Both the position numbers and the translations under genes were made by a program. From positions 2,070,001-2,102,000 of the forward strand of contig NC_006576.1 in assembly GCF_000010065.1 (NCBI RefSeq): a stretch of DNA of 32,000 nt, read 5' to 3'. Below, one piece after another: positions 1 through 9,386 of the stretch. The notes beneath the pieces were generated by a model. It had not been told where the DNA came from and did no database searches. It saw only the letters and a list, made by a program, of their open reading frames with translations. Every line of letters starts with the position of its first letter. Position 1 is the stretch's first letter. The stretch comes from Synechococcus elongatus PCC 6301 (GTDB lineage Bacteria > Cyanobacteriota > Cyanobacteriia > Synechococcales > Synechococcaceae).

Positions 1-37
1 AACAACTCGGGATCCAATGGCATTTAGCGGTTGATTT

Positions 38-1423
38 TTAAGCTTTTTGGTTACGGCGTACCTGGCGAGGACCCTGTTCAAAACGCCGTTGTAACTGTTT
101 CAAGCCCCAAGCGATCGCAGCAGCACTCAAGCCTAGAACTGCAAGCAAGATGACCGTAGTCGCTGAAACACCAGCCACTGCAAGGATTGGGGCCAATGTC
201 CAACTAAGAGCCGCGATCGCGATCGCTACGGTTTGTCCTTGCTTCGAGCGTCGCCAAGCGGCGGCACAACTGCGACAGTGCAGCGTATGACTCTGATAGC
301 GCTCTAACAGCTCGGGAATGGAACGACTCGCCGGGAGCGGTTCATTGGGGAAAGGAACACCGGCATAGCGATCGACCCAGCGATGCAACGCCAGCACAAA
401 GCGATCGGCGGAGGTCGGCAAATAACACTGACGGCTGTAGGTGGCACTGCCGCCCTGCTGCTGAATCCGTCGTTCTTGGTGATGCAAAAAGATTTGGTCT
501 TCTTCCAGCACGGTGTTTTGCCCCAGATGCTGAAACCAAGTTGGGGCGATCCGCAGGAAAAAGCGCGGGATGGCGGACTTAAAGCGAAAGGGGAAGCGCG
601 CAAAAATCCGACATTCGCCAGCGCGAATCGGCGTGGCGTAGACCACGGTCATGGCTCGCCCGAGACTGTCAGCTTCAAGGTCGTGCCACATCAAGCTCGG
701 CGCAATAAAGGTCGTGGATTGGGTGCCCAGTTTGCCGCGCCGTGGCCCCTCAGGCCAAACACCCTGAAAGCCTTGGCGATCGCTCTCCACAATCTTCAGA
801 TCAGTCATTGGCCCCGCGTTGGCGCGATTCCCCACCGACCCGTGGTGAGTGAAGGGCAGGTGGCTGGGATCGAGCACGTTTTCCAGCAGCGTTAGGGCGT
901 CGTAGGGTAAATCCCGAAAGGTATCGATGCAAACCCAGTCCGCATCCGTCCCCCACGGTTCAACCAAAGGTAAGGGCACGCGATCGGCTCGCTCCGGCGT
1001 CCCAGCGTAAACAAACAACAGCCCTTGTGCAGTCGCCGTCGGGAGCGTTTTGGCGCAGGCGCGATCGCTGGTGTGGGCTTGCCCTGTGGTGGCTTGTTGG
1101 GGGATAACCGCGCAATCCCCCGTCCCTGTAAAAGCCCAGCCGTGATACGGACATTCCAGCCGTCCCTCGGCATCCAAGCGACCCTCCGACAGGCGCACTT
1201 GGCGATGGGGACAGGCATCCTCAAAAGCCCGCCATTGTTCAGCACTACGATCCCACCAAATCACCAGATCGCGACCCAGCAGGGTGAAAGCGTTCGGGCG
1301 ATCGCGATTGAGATCCCGCAGGTAGTGAACGGGATACCAAACCTCAGCCCAATCAAAGCGATCGCTGGCAGGCCCACCGGCGGGTAAAACCTGAGCATCG
1401 GCTAAAAGCACGTCAGCAGTCAT
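38..1423 (-). CDS. Rieske [2Fe-2S] domain oxygenase, pheophorbide a oxygenase / Lls1-like, with C-terminal hydrophobic segments
   Basis: 461-aa ORF. Rieske motif CPHRQVRLSEGRLDAEGRLECPYHGWAF (CxH...CxxH) near the N-terminus and hydrophobic C-terminal stretches, as in the PaO/Tic55-type family. Confidence 0.85.
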   Translation of the reverse strand: MTADVLLADAQVLPAGGPASDRFDWAEVWYPVHYLRDLNRDRPNAFTLLGRDLVIWWDRSAEQWRAFEDACPHRQVRLSEGRLDAEGRLECPYHGWAFTGTGDCAVIPQQATTGQAHTSDRACAKTLPTATAQGLLFVYAGTPERADRVPLPLVEPWGTDADWVCIDTFRDLPYDALTLLENVLDPSHLPFTHHGSVGNRANAGPMTDLKIVESDRQGFQGVWPEGPRRGKLGTQSTTFIAPSLMWHDLEADSLGRAMTVVYATPIRAGECRIFARFPFRFKSAIPRFFLRIAPTWFQHLGQNTVLEEDQIFLHHQERRIQQQGGSATYSRQCYLPTSADRFVLALHRWVDRYAGVPFPNEPLPASRSIPELLERYQSHTLHCRSCAAAWRRSKQGQTVAIAIAALSWTLAPILAVAGVSATTVILLAVLGLSAAAIAWGLKQLQRRFEQGPRQVRRNQKA

Positions 1424-1504
1424 GGCGATCGCAGATCCGCTTGTTGTTAAGACTTGTAACGAATCCTAACAACTCAGTAGTAGCGATCGCTTGCCTGGAC
1501 TCTG

Positions 1505-1993
1505 CTAGTTGCAGCCAAACACCGTCAGACTGTAATCGCTGCCGATCGCGCGTTCACCCCCCACAACCACATTGACCTGATAGGGCGCTTCGTAGGGGCG
1601 GCTAAACAGTTGGATATCAAAGGGCACACCTTGGGGCAGCTCAATTGACTGGTCAAATAACTTGTCGGTGTTGCTGTCGTTGTACTTGAGATAGGCGCGA
1701 ATCGTATATAGCTCTTGCCCCGCTGAGTCCCGAGTGCCAGACCCGACGGTTTTCGAGGTCAAGCTGACCAAAAATTGGCTGTAGCGACTTTCCGGCGGGA
1801 CAAAAAAGTCAGTGTTCCAGTTGTCACGTACAAAGAAGACGGTATTGGGCGAAACGCGCTTGCTGACCACCGACCCTTCGCTACCCACAGCTTTGAGAGG
1901 CACACATTGGGGTGCTGTTTGGGCGGTCGCCTGTGATGACCAGCCCAGAGACAGCACGCCAGCAAAAAGGGCAAGGCGAGAGAACAAAGCCAT
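1505..1993 (-). CDS. Secreted hypothetical protein with N-terminal signal peptide
   Basis: The 292-aa ORF (1505..2383) is over-extended. An internal Met at 1993 starts MALFSRLALFAGVLSLGWSSQATAQTAP, a good signal peptide, giving a 162-aa product. Confidence 0.65.
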   Translation of the reverse strand: MALFSRLALFAGVLSLGWSSQATAQTAPQCVPLKAVGSEGSVVSKRVSPNTVFFVRDNWNTDFFVPPESRYSQFLVSLTSKTVGSGTRDSAGQELYTIRAYLKYNDSNTDKLFDQSIELPQGVPFDIQLFSRPYEAPYQVNVVVGGERAIGSDYSLTVFGCN

Positions 1994-2089
1994 AGCCAGA
2001 GTGAAGCAAGCGTCGCTACGAGAATACAGCACCCCTGCAACTCTGCTGCTGATGGCATACTGCTGGGACGATTTGGATTCTGCGATCGC

Positions 2090-2305
2090 ATGCGGATGTC
2101 TAAGCAGGTTGTGCCTCCCCGAGCGGGCTGGCGATCGCCTCGACTGTGGCAACTGATTCTGTTCCTGCAGGTGATGAGCTGCCTGGCTCTGGCCTATCGC
2201 TATCAATCCCTTCAGCAAGCGATCGCCACCCAACAACAGCAAATCCAATGCCTCGAAGCGCGATCGCTTGATACTCGGGCCGATCTCAGTCGCTGCCGTC
2301 GTTAA
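2090..2305 (+). CDS. Possible small single-TM protein with coiled-coil-like tail
   Basis: 71-aa ORF with hydrophobic segment LWQLILFLQVMSCLALAY followed by a Gln-rich stretch. No family recognised. Confidence 0.35.
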   Translation: MRMSKQVVPPRAGWRSPRLWQLILFLQVMSCLALAYRYQSLQQAIATQQQQIQCLEARSLDTRADLSRCRR

Positions 2306-3150
2306 GTAAGGAGGTATGCTTGATGGCCTGCCCGATTCGATGGCAATAGGTGAATGTTGGCAGGCAATCAAAGCGCTCAACAATTAAATGATCTTCGACA
2401 AAAGCATTGAACAAGAGATCCAGTTCAACGTTGTCGGTGTCGTCCCAAATCATCAGAGACCCATGCTTAGCTGAGTTGTGACAGTTCATGAAATCAGCAG
2501 TTGCCGTTTGGTAGGCATGAGTGAGAGCCGTCAATGTGGAGTAGATCAAAATAGACTGCTGGGTGCTCTAGCCGAAAGAGTGGAAGAGTTGTATTAGAGT
2601 CCCCCGCAATTAAGTCAATTCGGTGAGGGAAACGCTCAGCTAAAACGGCAAAACATCCTTCCGTATAACGATGTTCACAAATATCGAATGCCAATAGATT
2701 TGAGTTGGGATTCGCTAGCAGCATTAAAGCCGCACTATGGCCAGCATTGAAGCCAATTTCTAATATTTTCTGGGCTTGTGTGGCTGAGGAAAATAAGTTT
2801 ATCCGCTTGTTTTCCAACAGTGCAGATGGTTTAAGGCTGAGGTGATAGTAAAAACAATTGCCTTCTAGAGGCTCGCCAGACTCAACAACTACATGATCAA
2901 GGGCTTTGAAGAGTTGTTCTTCCTCAGTGACAATAGTTCGATAGCAATTGATTGTTTGAGAATCTAGGGATTGCTGTTCCGCTTTTGCTGCTTGTTTGCG
3001 ATCGCACCAAAGTATGAGCTGGTGGGCAGCAGCATAGTCTGGGACTTGCTTAATCAGGAACTGAGCAAAATTCCTGCAAGCCTCAAGACCAAAGTCAGGA
3101 CTTTGACTTAAGACTTGCAGAATTTGATCTAAGTCGAGACTGCCAGACAC
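2286..3150 (-). pseudogene. Class I SAM-dependent methyltransferase (Methyltransf_24-like) interrupted by an apparent +1 frameshift
   Basis: ORF 2494..3150 carries ILEIGFNAGHSA...FDLLHIDGSH and then breaks off. The other frame (2286..2549) continues with AYQTATADFMNCHNSAKHGSLMIWDDTDNVELDLLFNAFV, the expected C-terminal half. Removing one C from TGCCTACC near 2515-2520 restores one frame. Confidence 0.75.
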
Positions 3151-3162
3151 CAGTAGGACCGA

Positions 3163-4317
3163 TTAAGAGCGGGGGAGAACGTCTGCCAGAATGCTCAGCA
3201 AGCGATCGACATTTTCGCGACGGCTGTTGTAGCCCATCAGGCCGATCCGCCAGACTTTACCTGCCAATTCGCCCAAGCCACCGCCCATTTCGATGCCGTG
3301 TTCATCCAGCAGTTGACGGCTGACGGCTTTGCCATCGACGCCCTCAGGAATCCGCACAGTCGTCAGGGTCGGCAGGCGATTTTCGACTGGGACGTGACAG
3401 GTCAGGCCCAAATCCTCCAAGCCTGCCCAGAGATATTCGGCATTGTCGCGGTGGCGCTTCCAGACTGTTTCGATACCTTCGTCGGCAATCAGGCGCAGCG
3501 CCTCACGGATGCCGAAGTTCATGTTCACCGGCGCAGTGTGGTGGTAAACCCGATCGCTGCCCCAGTACTGGTTGAGCAACGACATATCCAGATACCAGTT
3601 GGCAACTTTGCCCTTGCGGCGCGCCAGCTTCTCTTCAGCGCGGGGCCCCATCGTGAACGGCGACACACCCGGCGGGCAGCTCAGCCCTTTTTGGCTGCAG
3701 CTATAGGCCAAATCGACGCCCCACTCATCCAGCAGGGTTGGAACCGCACCCAAGCTGGTGACGGTGTCGATCAGTAAGAGGCAATCAAACTCACGACAGA
3801 GATCGCCAACGCCGGCTAGCGGTTGTTCAGCGCCCGTCGAAGTCTCGGCATGAACGAGAGCAAGGATTTGTGGCCGGTGTTCTTCCAAAGCTTGCCGCAA
3901 TTCAGCCAAGCTAAAGACATCACCCCAAGGCTTGTGAATGGTGCGCACATCAGCGCCGTAGCGACCCGCCATATCAACAAGGCGGTTGCCGAAGTAGCCC
4001 ATGACGCCGACCAGGACGACATCCCCAGGCTCGACGCTGTTGGCGATCGTGGCTTCCATGGCAGCACTGCCCGTGCCGCTGACGGGAATGGTCAGGCGGT
4101 TATCGGTTTGCCAGATGTAGCGCAGCAACCCCTGTACCTCGGTCATCAACTCGAGAAATTTAGGATCGAGGTGACCGATGGGTGGCCGACTGATCGCCTC
4201 CAGCACAGCTGGATGGGCGTTCGACGGACCGGGCCCGAGCAGCAGACGCTCCGGTAGCTCCAGCGGCTGGAGACGGACACGGTGTTTTTCGCTAACGCTC
4301 GGAAGAGTGACGGTCAT
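3163..4317 (-). CDS. PLP-dependent aminotransferase, serine/alanine-glyoxylate aminotransferase family (often annotated as soluble hydrogenase 42 kDa subunit)
   Basis: Core protein starts at MTVTLPSVSEKHRVRLQPLELPERLLLGPGPSNAHPAVL, with ATG complement at 4315-4317. Contains GTGSAAMEA, LLIDTVTSLGAVP and the PLP-Lys region SCSQKGLSCPPG. Confidence 0.9.
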   Translation of the reverse strand: MTVTLPSVSEKHRVRLQPLELPERLLLGPGPSNAHPAVLEAISRPPIGHLDPKFLELMTEVQGLLRYIWQTDNRLTIPVSGTGSAAMEATIANSVEPGDVVLVGVMGYFGNRLVDMAGRYGADVRTIHKPWGDVFSLAELRQALEEHRPQILALVHAETSTGAEQPLAGVGDLCREFDCLLLIDTVTSLGAVPTLLDEWGVDLAYSCSQKGLSCPPGVSPFTMGPRAEEKLARRKGKVANWYLDMSLLNQYWGSDRVYHHTAPVNMNFGIREALRLIADEGIETVWKRHRDNAEYLWAGLEDLGLTCHVPVENRLPTLTTVRIPEGVDGKAVSRQLLDEHGIEMGGGLGELAGKVWRIGLMGYNSRRENVDRLLSILADVLPRS

Positions 4318-4378
4318 CGGGCAACCCTGCGGCAGATGAGAGAAATGCTTAGAGCCATTAAAGCTTGTTACAGGTCGA

Positions 4379-5311
4379 CTACTGCACTGCATCGTTGAAC
4401 TGTTGCGGAGTGAAATAGTTGGCGCAGAACTCTGTAAGGGCTGCGATGAAAGCAGCAGTGGCTTCGTAGGGAAGAACGTTGCGACCGGGCAGAATCTGAC
4501 CCTGATTGCAGGGCATGACTTGGGCGTAAGCCTGTAGGCGATCGCGAGCGTCCTCCTTCCATCCATCGCGGCTGATACTACTTGCCCCTTCGCCAAAGAG
4601 CAGCAGCGTCGGTTGGGTCATTTTGGCAAGGCGATCGCCCCAGCCCTGTTGCCAATTACGACTGAGGAACGCGTAAACCGCATGACGGGAAGCCTTCTTC
4701 CGGCTGCCTTCTGCCAAGAGCTGCATCCATTCGCGATCGACTTGCTCCGCTCGGGCAAACAGTTGTCGCTGCGAGAAGCGGCGCAGGAAAAAGGGCGTGC
4801 GAGCGTACTGAAAAAAGAGCCAGCCTAGGGGTGAGCAAAACAGTCGCCAGAGCCGCCGCTGCTGTTGAGCCGTTTGTTTGCGCTCAATCACGCGCCAAGC
4901 GGGCGGCCCCGAAAACGCCAGCCCTAGGACTAACTCTGGCTGGATTTCAGCAAGAGCGACGGCTGCGGGCATCAACGCTCCTTGGGCCACCACGATCGCG
5001 GGCTGCTGAATTTCGATCTGGAGCAGATGTGCCAGTTGCTCAGCCCAATTTTGCGGGCTGTAGGGCTTCTGATCCATATCACTGTCGCCGCAGCCCAGCA
5101 GATCCGGCACGATCAGTGGGCGATCGCTCTGGGCGCACCAAGCCTGACAGAAGCGCTGCCAAAATCGCCGCCAAAGACCCACGCCCACCGGATGCACTAG
5201 CAGCAACGGTGTTTGACCGGTTGTTAAATCGCCCCAAATCTCGTAGATGTAGCGCTCACCGGTCGGTAGCTGTCCCTGACGTACTTGGGGAGTTGTCGGC
5301 GTCACAGTCAT
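4379..5311 (-). CDS. Alpha/beta hydrolase fold protein
   Basis: 310 aa. LLLVHPVGVGLWRRFWQRF (HG-like oxyanion region), LIVPDLLGCGDSD, and FSGPPAWRV / LLLFGEGAS segments typical of the fold. Confidence 0.8.
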   Translation of the reverse strand: MTVTPTTPQVRQGQLPTGERYIYEIWGDLTTGQTPLLLVHPVGVGLWRRFWQRFCQAWCAQSDRPLIVPDLLGCGDSDMDQKPYSPQNWAEQLAHLLQIEIQQPAIVVAQGALMPAAVALAEIQPELVLGLAFSGPPAWRVIERKQTAQQQRRLWRLFCSPLGWLFFQYARTPFFLRRFSQRQLFARAEQVDREWMQLLAEGSRKKASRHAVYAFLSRNWQQGWGDRLAKMTQPTLLLFGEGASSISRDGWKEDARDRLQAYAQVMPCNQGQILPGRNVLPYEATAAFIAALTEFCANYFTPQQFNDAVQ

Positions 5312-5400
5312 CCTCAGTCTCTCAACGAAAACAGGGCAAGCGTTTGCCTGCCCTGTCGATTCAATCCGGCTTCATCCCTGCGATCGCAGGCGCTACCGTC

Positions 5401-5910
5401 TTAGATGTCTTGCTCTGCGAGGTTGCGTCCGAGGTGATCGAACGGCACTTCAACAAAGGCGGCATTGCTGATGCCAGCCTGCTCAACTAGCTGCCGCACG
5501 CGATCGCGCAGGATAGCAATGCCGCGCACCGTTGGGCCGCTGGGCACGCCTAGGGACGTATAGGTTTCCCGCAGACCTTGGAGAACGCGCTCGTCAAGGA
5601 CTTCGGTGTTACCAGCCACCAAGGCATAGGTCGCGTAGCGAAGATAGTAGTCGAGGTCGCGCAGGCAAGCCGAGTAACGACGGGTCGTGTAGGCATTGCC
5701 GCCCGGACGCAACAGCTCAGGAACCTCTTCAAAGAGTTGAGCACTGGCATCGCGCACAAGGCTGGCGGCATTGGCGTTGATGATTTCTGCCGCTTGGACG
5801 CGGGCATTGCCTTCGGCAAAGTAGGCCCGAAGACTATCGACCGCATTGCGATCCAAGTATTTGCCAGCCAGGTCGTAGCCGGCAATTAGACTGCTAACCG
5901 CATCTCGCAT
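5401..5910 (-). CDS. apcF: Allophycocyanin beta-18 subunit
   Basis: 169-aa phycobiliprotein beta-type sequence: MRDAVSSLIAGYDLAGKYLDRNAVDSLRAYF...YTTRRYSACLRDLDYYLRYATYALVAGNTEVLDERVLQGLRETYTSLGVP. The bilin-binding Cys is in RRYSACLRDLDYYLRY. Confidence 0.93.
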   Translation of the reverse strand: MRDAVSSLIAGYDLAGKYLDRNAVDSLRAYFAEGNARVQAAEIINANAASLVRDASAQLFEEVPELLRPGGNAYTTRRYSACLRDLDYYLRYATYALVAGNTEVLDERVLQGLRETYTSLGVPSGPTVRGIAILRDRVRQLVEQAGISNAAFVEVPFDHLGRNLAEQDI

Positions 5911-6108
5911 GAATTGCGCTCCCGAGTGCTGACAAAACGGTTCAGATGTCGCTCGAATCGAGCCAGGGAATTTCAGAAAAAGACTACCATGCAGCCTTGT
6001 CCTGCCTGCGATCCAGCACCGCCGAGCCGGCTCGCCTGCAAGATTTCGTTACCAAACTTCATAAGATGGCACACTCAGGCTTGTCAGTGCCAATCGCCTC
6101 CATTTTTA

Positions 6109-6151
6109 TGTATCAGCTGTTACAAAAGTGCCGTTTCGGGCTACCTAGGAT
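6109..6151 (+). promoter_or_regulatory. NtcA-activated class II promoter of glnA: NtcA box plus -10 element
   Basis: TGTATCAGCTGTTACA at 6109..6124 matches the TGTA-N8-TACA form of the NtcA box GTAN8TAC. TAGGAT at 6146..6151 lies 21 nt downstream of the box. Confidence 0.9.
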
Positions 6152-6303
6152 GAAAGCGGTCAGCAATGCTTGTCTTCAGTTCCTGGTTGTGATCCAGCTG
6201 CGATCGCAGCAGCGTTGTTTCCACAGTTAGGCTTGTGGACTACCAATCCCAGGGCCTGCTTCGCTGAGCCGTACCACCAAGAGCACACAAGGAGTTGTCG
6301 CTC

Positions 6304-7725
6304 ATGCCTGAGACCGCTCAAGAGGTCCTTCAGCTTATTCAAGAGAAGGGTATCCAGCTTGTCGATTTGAAATTTATCGACATGCCGGGGATTTGGCAGC
6401 ACTTGACACTACACGTCAGCCAAATCGACGAAAACAGCTTTGTTGAGGGCGTTCCCTTCGACGGTTCCAGCATCCGGGGCTGGAAAGCGATCAACGAGTC
6501 GGACATGACGATGGTGCCCGATCCAACCACTGCTTGGATCGACCCATTCATGAAAGAGCCGACGCTCAGCATGATCTGTACGATCTACGAGCCGCGCACT
6601 AACACCCCCTACGAGCGCTGCCCCCGGGCGATCGCTCAAAAAGCGGTGGATTACCTCAAAGCTAGCGGGATCGGTGACACGGCTTACTTCGGCCCCGAAG
6701 CAGAATTCTTCATCTTTGATGACGTTCGCTTCGATCAGGCTGAGAACAAGAGCTACTACTACGTCGATTCGATCGAAGGCCGCTGGAACTCCGGCCGCGA
6801 AGAAGAAGGCGGTAACCTCGGCTATAAGCCTCGCTACAAAGAGGGCTACTTCCCAGTGGCCCCGACCGACACCAGCCAAGATATGCGTAGTGAAATGCTG
6901 CTGACCATGGCTGATTGTGGCGTGCCAATTGAGAAGCACCACCACGAAGTGGCGACCGGCGGCCAGTGTGAGCTAGGCTTCCGCTTCGGCAAGCTGATCG
7001 AAGCAGCGGACTGGCTGATGACCTACAAGTACGTGATCAAAAACGTGGGTCGTCGCTACGGCAAAACGATTACCTTCATGCCCAAATTGCTGTTCAACGA
7101 CAACGGTTCTGGTATGCATACCCACCAGTCGATTTGGAATGATGGTCAGCCGCTGTTTGCGGGCGACCAGTATGCTGGCCTGAGCCAAATGGCGCTCTGG
7201 TACATCGGCGGTATCCTCAAGCACGCGCCGGCCTTGTTGGCTCTCACCAACCCCACCACCAACTCCTACAAGCGCCTTGTGCCTGGCTTTGAAGCGCCGG
7301 TCAACTTGGCCTACTCCCAAGGCAACCGCTCGGCTTCGGTGCGGATTCCCCTTTCAGGCACCAACCCGAAAGCGAAGCGCTTGGAGTTCCGTTGTCCTGA
7401 CGCGACCTCCAACCCCTACTTGGCGTTTGCGGCGATGCTCTGCGCTGGTATCGACGGCATCAAGAACCAAATTGACTTGGGCGAACCGCTGGATGTGGAC
7501 ATCTACGACCTCAGCCCCGAAGAGCTGGCTAAAATCCCCAGCACCCCGGGTTCACTCAAGGATGCGCTGAAAGCACTAGAGGCCGATCACGACTTCCTGA
7601 CTGTGGGCGGCGTCTTCACGGAAGACTTCATCCAGAACTGGATCGAGTACAAGCTCGACAACGAAGTGATTCCGATCAGCCTGCGTTCGCACCCCTACGA
7701 ATTCGCGCTCTACTACGACTGCTAA
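6304..7725 (+). CDS. glnA: Glutamine synthetase type I
   Basis: Protein from internal Met: [35 protein letters not shown]...[11 protein letters not shown]...MHTHQSIW...[23 protein letters not shown]...[14 protein letters not shown]. The ORF track start at 6295 is 3 codons upstream. Confidence 0.97.
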   Translation: MPETAQEVLQLIQEKGIQLVDLKFIDMPGIWQHLTLHVSQIDENSFVEGVPFDGSSIRGWKAINESDMTMVPDPTTAWIDPFMKEPTLSMICTIYEPRTNTPYERCPRAIAQKAVDYLKASGIGDTAYFGPEAEFFIFDDVRFDQAENKSYYYVDSIEGRWNSGREEEGGNLGYKPRYKEGYFPVAPTDTSQDMRSEMLLTMADCGVPIEKHHHEVATGGQCELGFRFGKLIEAADWLMTYKYVIKNVGRRYGKTITFMPKLLFNDNGSGMHTHQSIWNDGQPLFAGDQYAGLSQMALWYIGGILKHAPALLALTNPTTNSYKRLVPGFEAPVNLAYSQGNRSASVRIPLSGTNPKAKRLEFRCPDATSNPYLAFAAMLCAGIDGIKNQIDLGEPLDVDIYDLSPEELAKIPSTPGSLKDALKALEADHDFLTVGGVFTEDFIQNWIEYKLDNEVIPISLRSHPYEFALYYDC

Positions 7726-7757
7726 TTCGTTAAACCTCACTGCGTCTTGAGAGTTGA

Positions 7758-7781
7758 GGCTGTTGCCGCTAGGCAGCAGCC
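7758..7781 (+). terminator. Candidate terminator hairpin downstream of glnA
   Basis: GGCTGTTGCC-GCTA-GGCAGCAGCC (9 Watson-Crick pairs plus 1 G-T), followed by pyrimidine-rich CTTCCCTTTC, 32 nt after the glnA stop. Confidence 0.55.
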
Positions 7782-7922
7782 CTTCCCTTTCGATGGACTG
7801 CTGTGATTGCTCTGGATCGGTCGACTGCGGGTTATCAATGGGCGATCGCAGCCATGAAAGCTGTGATGGCACAGATAAGGATGTGCCTTCTACAATCATT
7901 AGCGAACCACTCGGCTGTCTTT

Positions 7923-8297
7923 ATGTTTCGCTTCTGCCTCTGTCTGCTCTTGCTGCTTGGGTTGATTTTTCCCCGTCCCGCAGCAGCTGCAGAAGTCTTG
8001 AGTGTGCGGGAAGGCGGATTACTGCGAATCGGAGATAGCAATCGCAGCTATACGGTGCAGATCGACTGTGTGCAACCGATCGCGGGCCAAGAGGTCGCCC
8101 TGCGAGATCGCCTCCAAACCTTGTTGCCTCGCCGGACTCGAGTTAATTTGCGGCCCAACGGTCTTGACTCTGCAGGTCGTGTTGTAGCAACGGTCTATCG
8201 GCTCCCTGATGGTCTCGATATTGGGGTGAAACTCCAGGAAGAGCAGCTAGCTACCCTGTCTGAGCAGTGTGCAAGCGCCACCGTCAGCCAAGGGTAG
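7923..8297 (+). CDS. Secreted SNase-like (thermonuclease-fold) protein, short and probably catalytically degenerate
   Basis: Start at Met-41 of the 164-aa ORF gives signal peptide MFRFCLCLLLLLGLIFPRPAAAAE. This is followed by an SNase-like pattern, GGLLRIGDSNRSYTVQIDCVQP...LLPRRTRVNLRPNGLDSAGRVVATVYRLPDG. Confidence 0.6.
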   Translation: MFRFCLCLLLLLGLIFPRPAAAAEVLSVREGGLLRIGDSNRSYTVQIDCVQPIAGQEVALRDRLQTLLPRRTRVNLRPNGLDSAGRVVATVYRLPDGLDIGVKLQEEQLATLSEQCASATVSQG

Positions 8298-8325
8298 GAT
8301 CAGGCTGACTGTCGGACTGCTGACT

Positions 8326-8529
8326 ATGGCAAAAAACACCTATGCCCGAATTTTGACTGGGGTGCCTCTCCTGTTTGGCACGCTGGCCTTTACTGCTGGC
8401 GGCTTAGCAGCCCTGCGATCGCATTCTTCAGAAGTGGCCGCGATTGGCTTGATTATTGCTGGATTGCTGGCGATCGCCACGATTGGAATTTGGCGTCAGG
8501 CGGATGACACGGACCCCGATTTGAGCTAG
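8326..8529 (+). CDS. Small hypothetical membrane protein (two predicted TM segments)
   Basis: ATG at 8326: MAKNTYARILTGVPLLFGTLAFTAGGLAALRSHSSEVAAIGLIIAGLLAIATIGIWRQADDTDPDLS. Confidence 0.6.
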   Translation: MAKNTYARILTGVPLLFGTLAFTAGGLAALRSHSSEVAAIGLIIAGLLAIATIGIWRQADDTDPDLS

Positions 8530-8602
8530 AAAGCAGTAATTCTAAGGCTCACGATCGCCTCTAGTTGTTCTAAGAATGAAATATCCGTTAGACATTTAAA
8601 AA

Positions 8603-9034
8603 CTAGCGATTGGGTTGCACTTTAGATGATGCATTGATGATGTGAAGAGTTCGCTCTGCGTAGCGACGAACATAGGCTTTAGGGGAAGTTAACGCTGCGA
8701 TCGCAGACACTTGCATCTGTTTGGGATCCAGCCGAACTGTCATGGATAGCTGATCCATAAATTGCTCAGAAAAACAGCCATCGATCAACCGTTGGATGAT
8801 GGCTGCGATCATCCGATTTTGCTCCTCCACCTCGGCTGGGGGATGATTCTTGAAGTGTCTACAAAGTTTGGCTCGCGCACGATTGTGCCAGAGACCAAAA
8901 CTCTCATGAGCTACAAAAAGAGCCGCTTTTGATACAGCATCACGATTGCCGGTCTTGACCTCTTCAATGAGCTGATGAAGATCATTTTTCGTTAGTTTGC
9001 TGATCCATGAGTGATTGATAGCAGGTTGCATCAT
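8603..9034 (-). CDS. Hypothetical protein, allophycocyanin/phycobilisome unrelated
   Basis: ORF 8603..9082. The internal Met giving MMQPAINHSWISKLTKNDLHQLIEEVKTGNRDAVSKAALFV is a plausible start. Coherent soluble helical-looking protein. Confidence 0.5.
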   Translation of the reverse strand: MMQPAINHSWISKLTKNDLHQLIEEVKTGNRDAVSKAALFVAHESFGLWHNRARAKLCRHFKNHPPAEVEEQNRMIAAIIQRLIDGCFSEQFMDQLSMTVRLDPKQMQVSAIAALTSPKAYVRRYAERTLHIINASSKVQPNR

Positions 9035-9386
9035 CCCACGACAGACGAAAGAGCACCGGCACAACCCACGAAGGAGGGGCATTCCTTCGCGATCGCAGGC
9101 TTGAGCAGAGCAATGAGTGGCTTGTTCTCAACTCAGTTATCAGTGTGGATTATAGACAGGCGGTCTCTGCAGCTCAATCTGCTGGTAACCCTAGATGTCG
9201 AAAATATAGTTGGCAATTCGTGGTTAGATCTAGGGACTAGCGGCTGAAAATCCGAGCTGAAGCGGCATTTTGTTTCACAAATTGAAAATAGGGCTAAGAA
9301 ACATAAAAAGTATTCAATGATTCTTGCACTCTCTGGGTCGCCTTATTAATTTAAGAATGCTTGTTCTTAAAGTTGAAAGCTAAGTT

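Noticed and set aside
383-1387. Plus-strand ORFs (170 aa, 120 aa) opposite the first gene
   Set aside because: They are antisense to the clearly identified Rieske oxygenase.
1994-2383. N-terminal extension of the 292-aa ORF
   Set aside because: Low-quality N-terminus ahead of a clean signal peptide at MALFSRLALF. The extension overlaps the plus-strand ORF and has no domain content.
4318-4596. N-terminal extension of the aminotransferase ORF
   Set aside because: It overlaps the end of the alpha/beta hydrolase gene and lacks family similarity. The real start is at MTVTLPSV.
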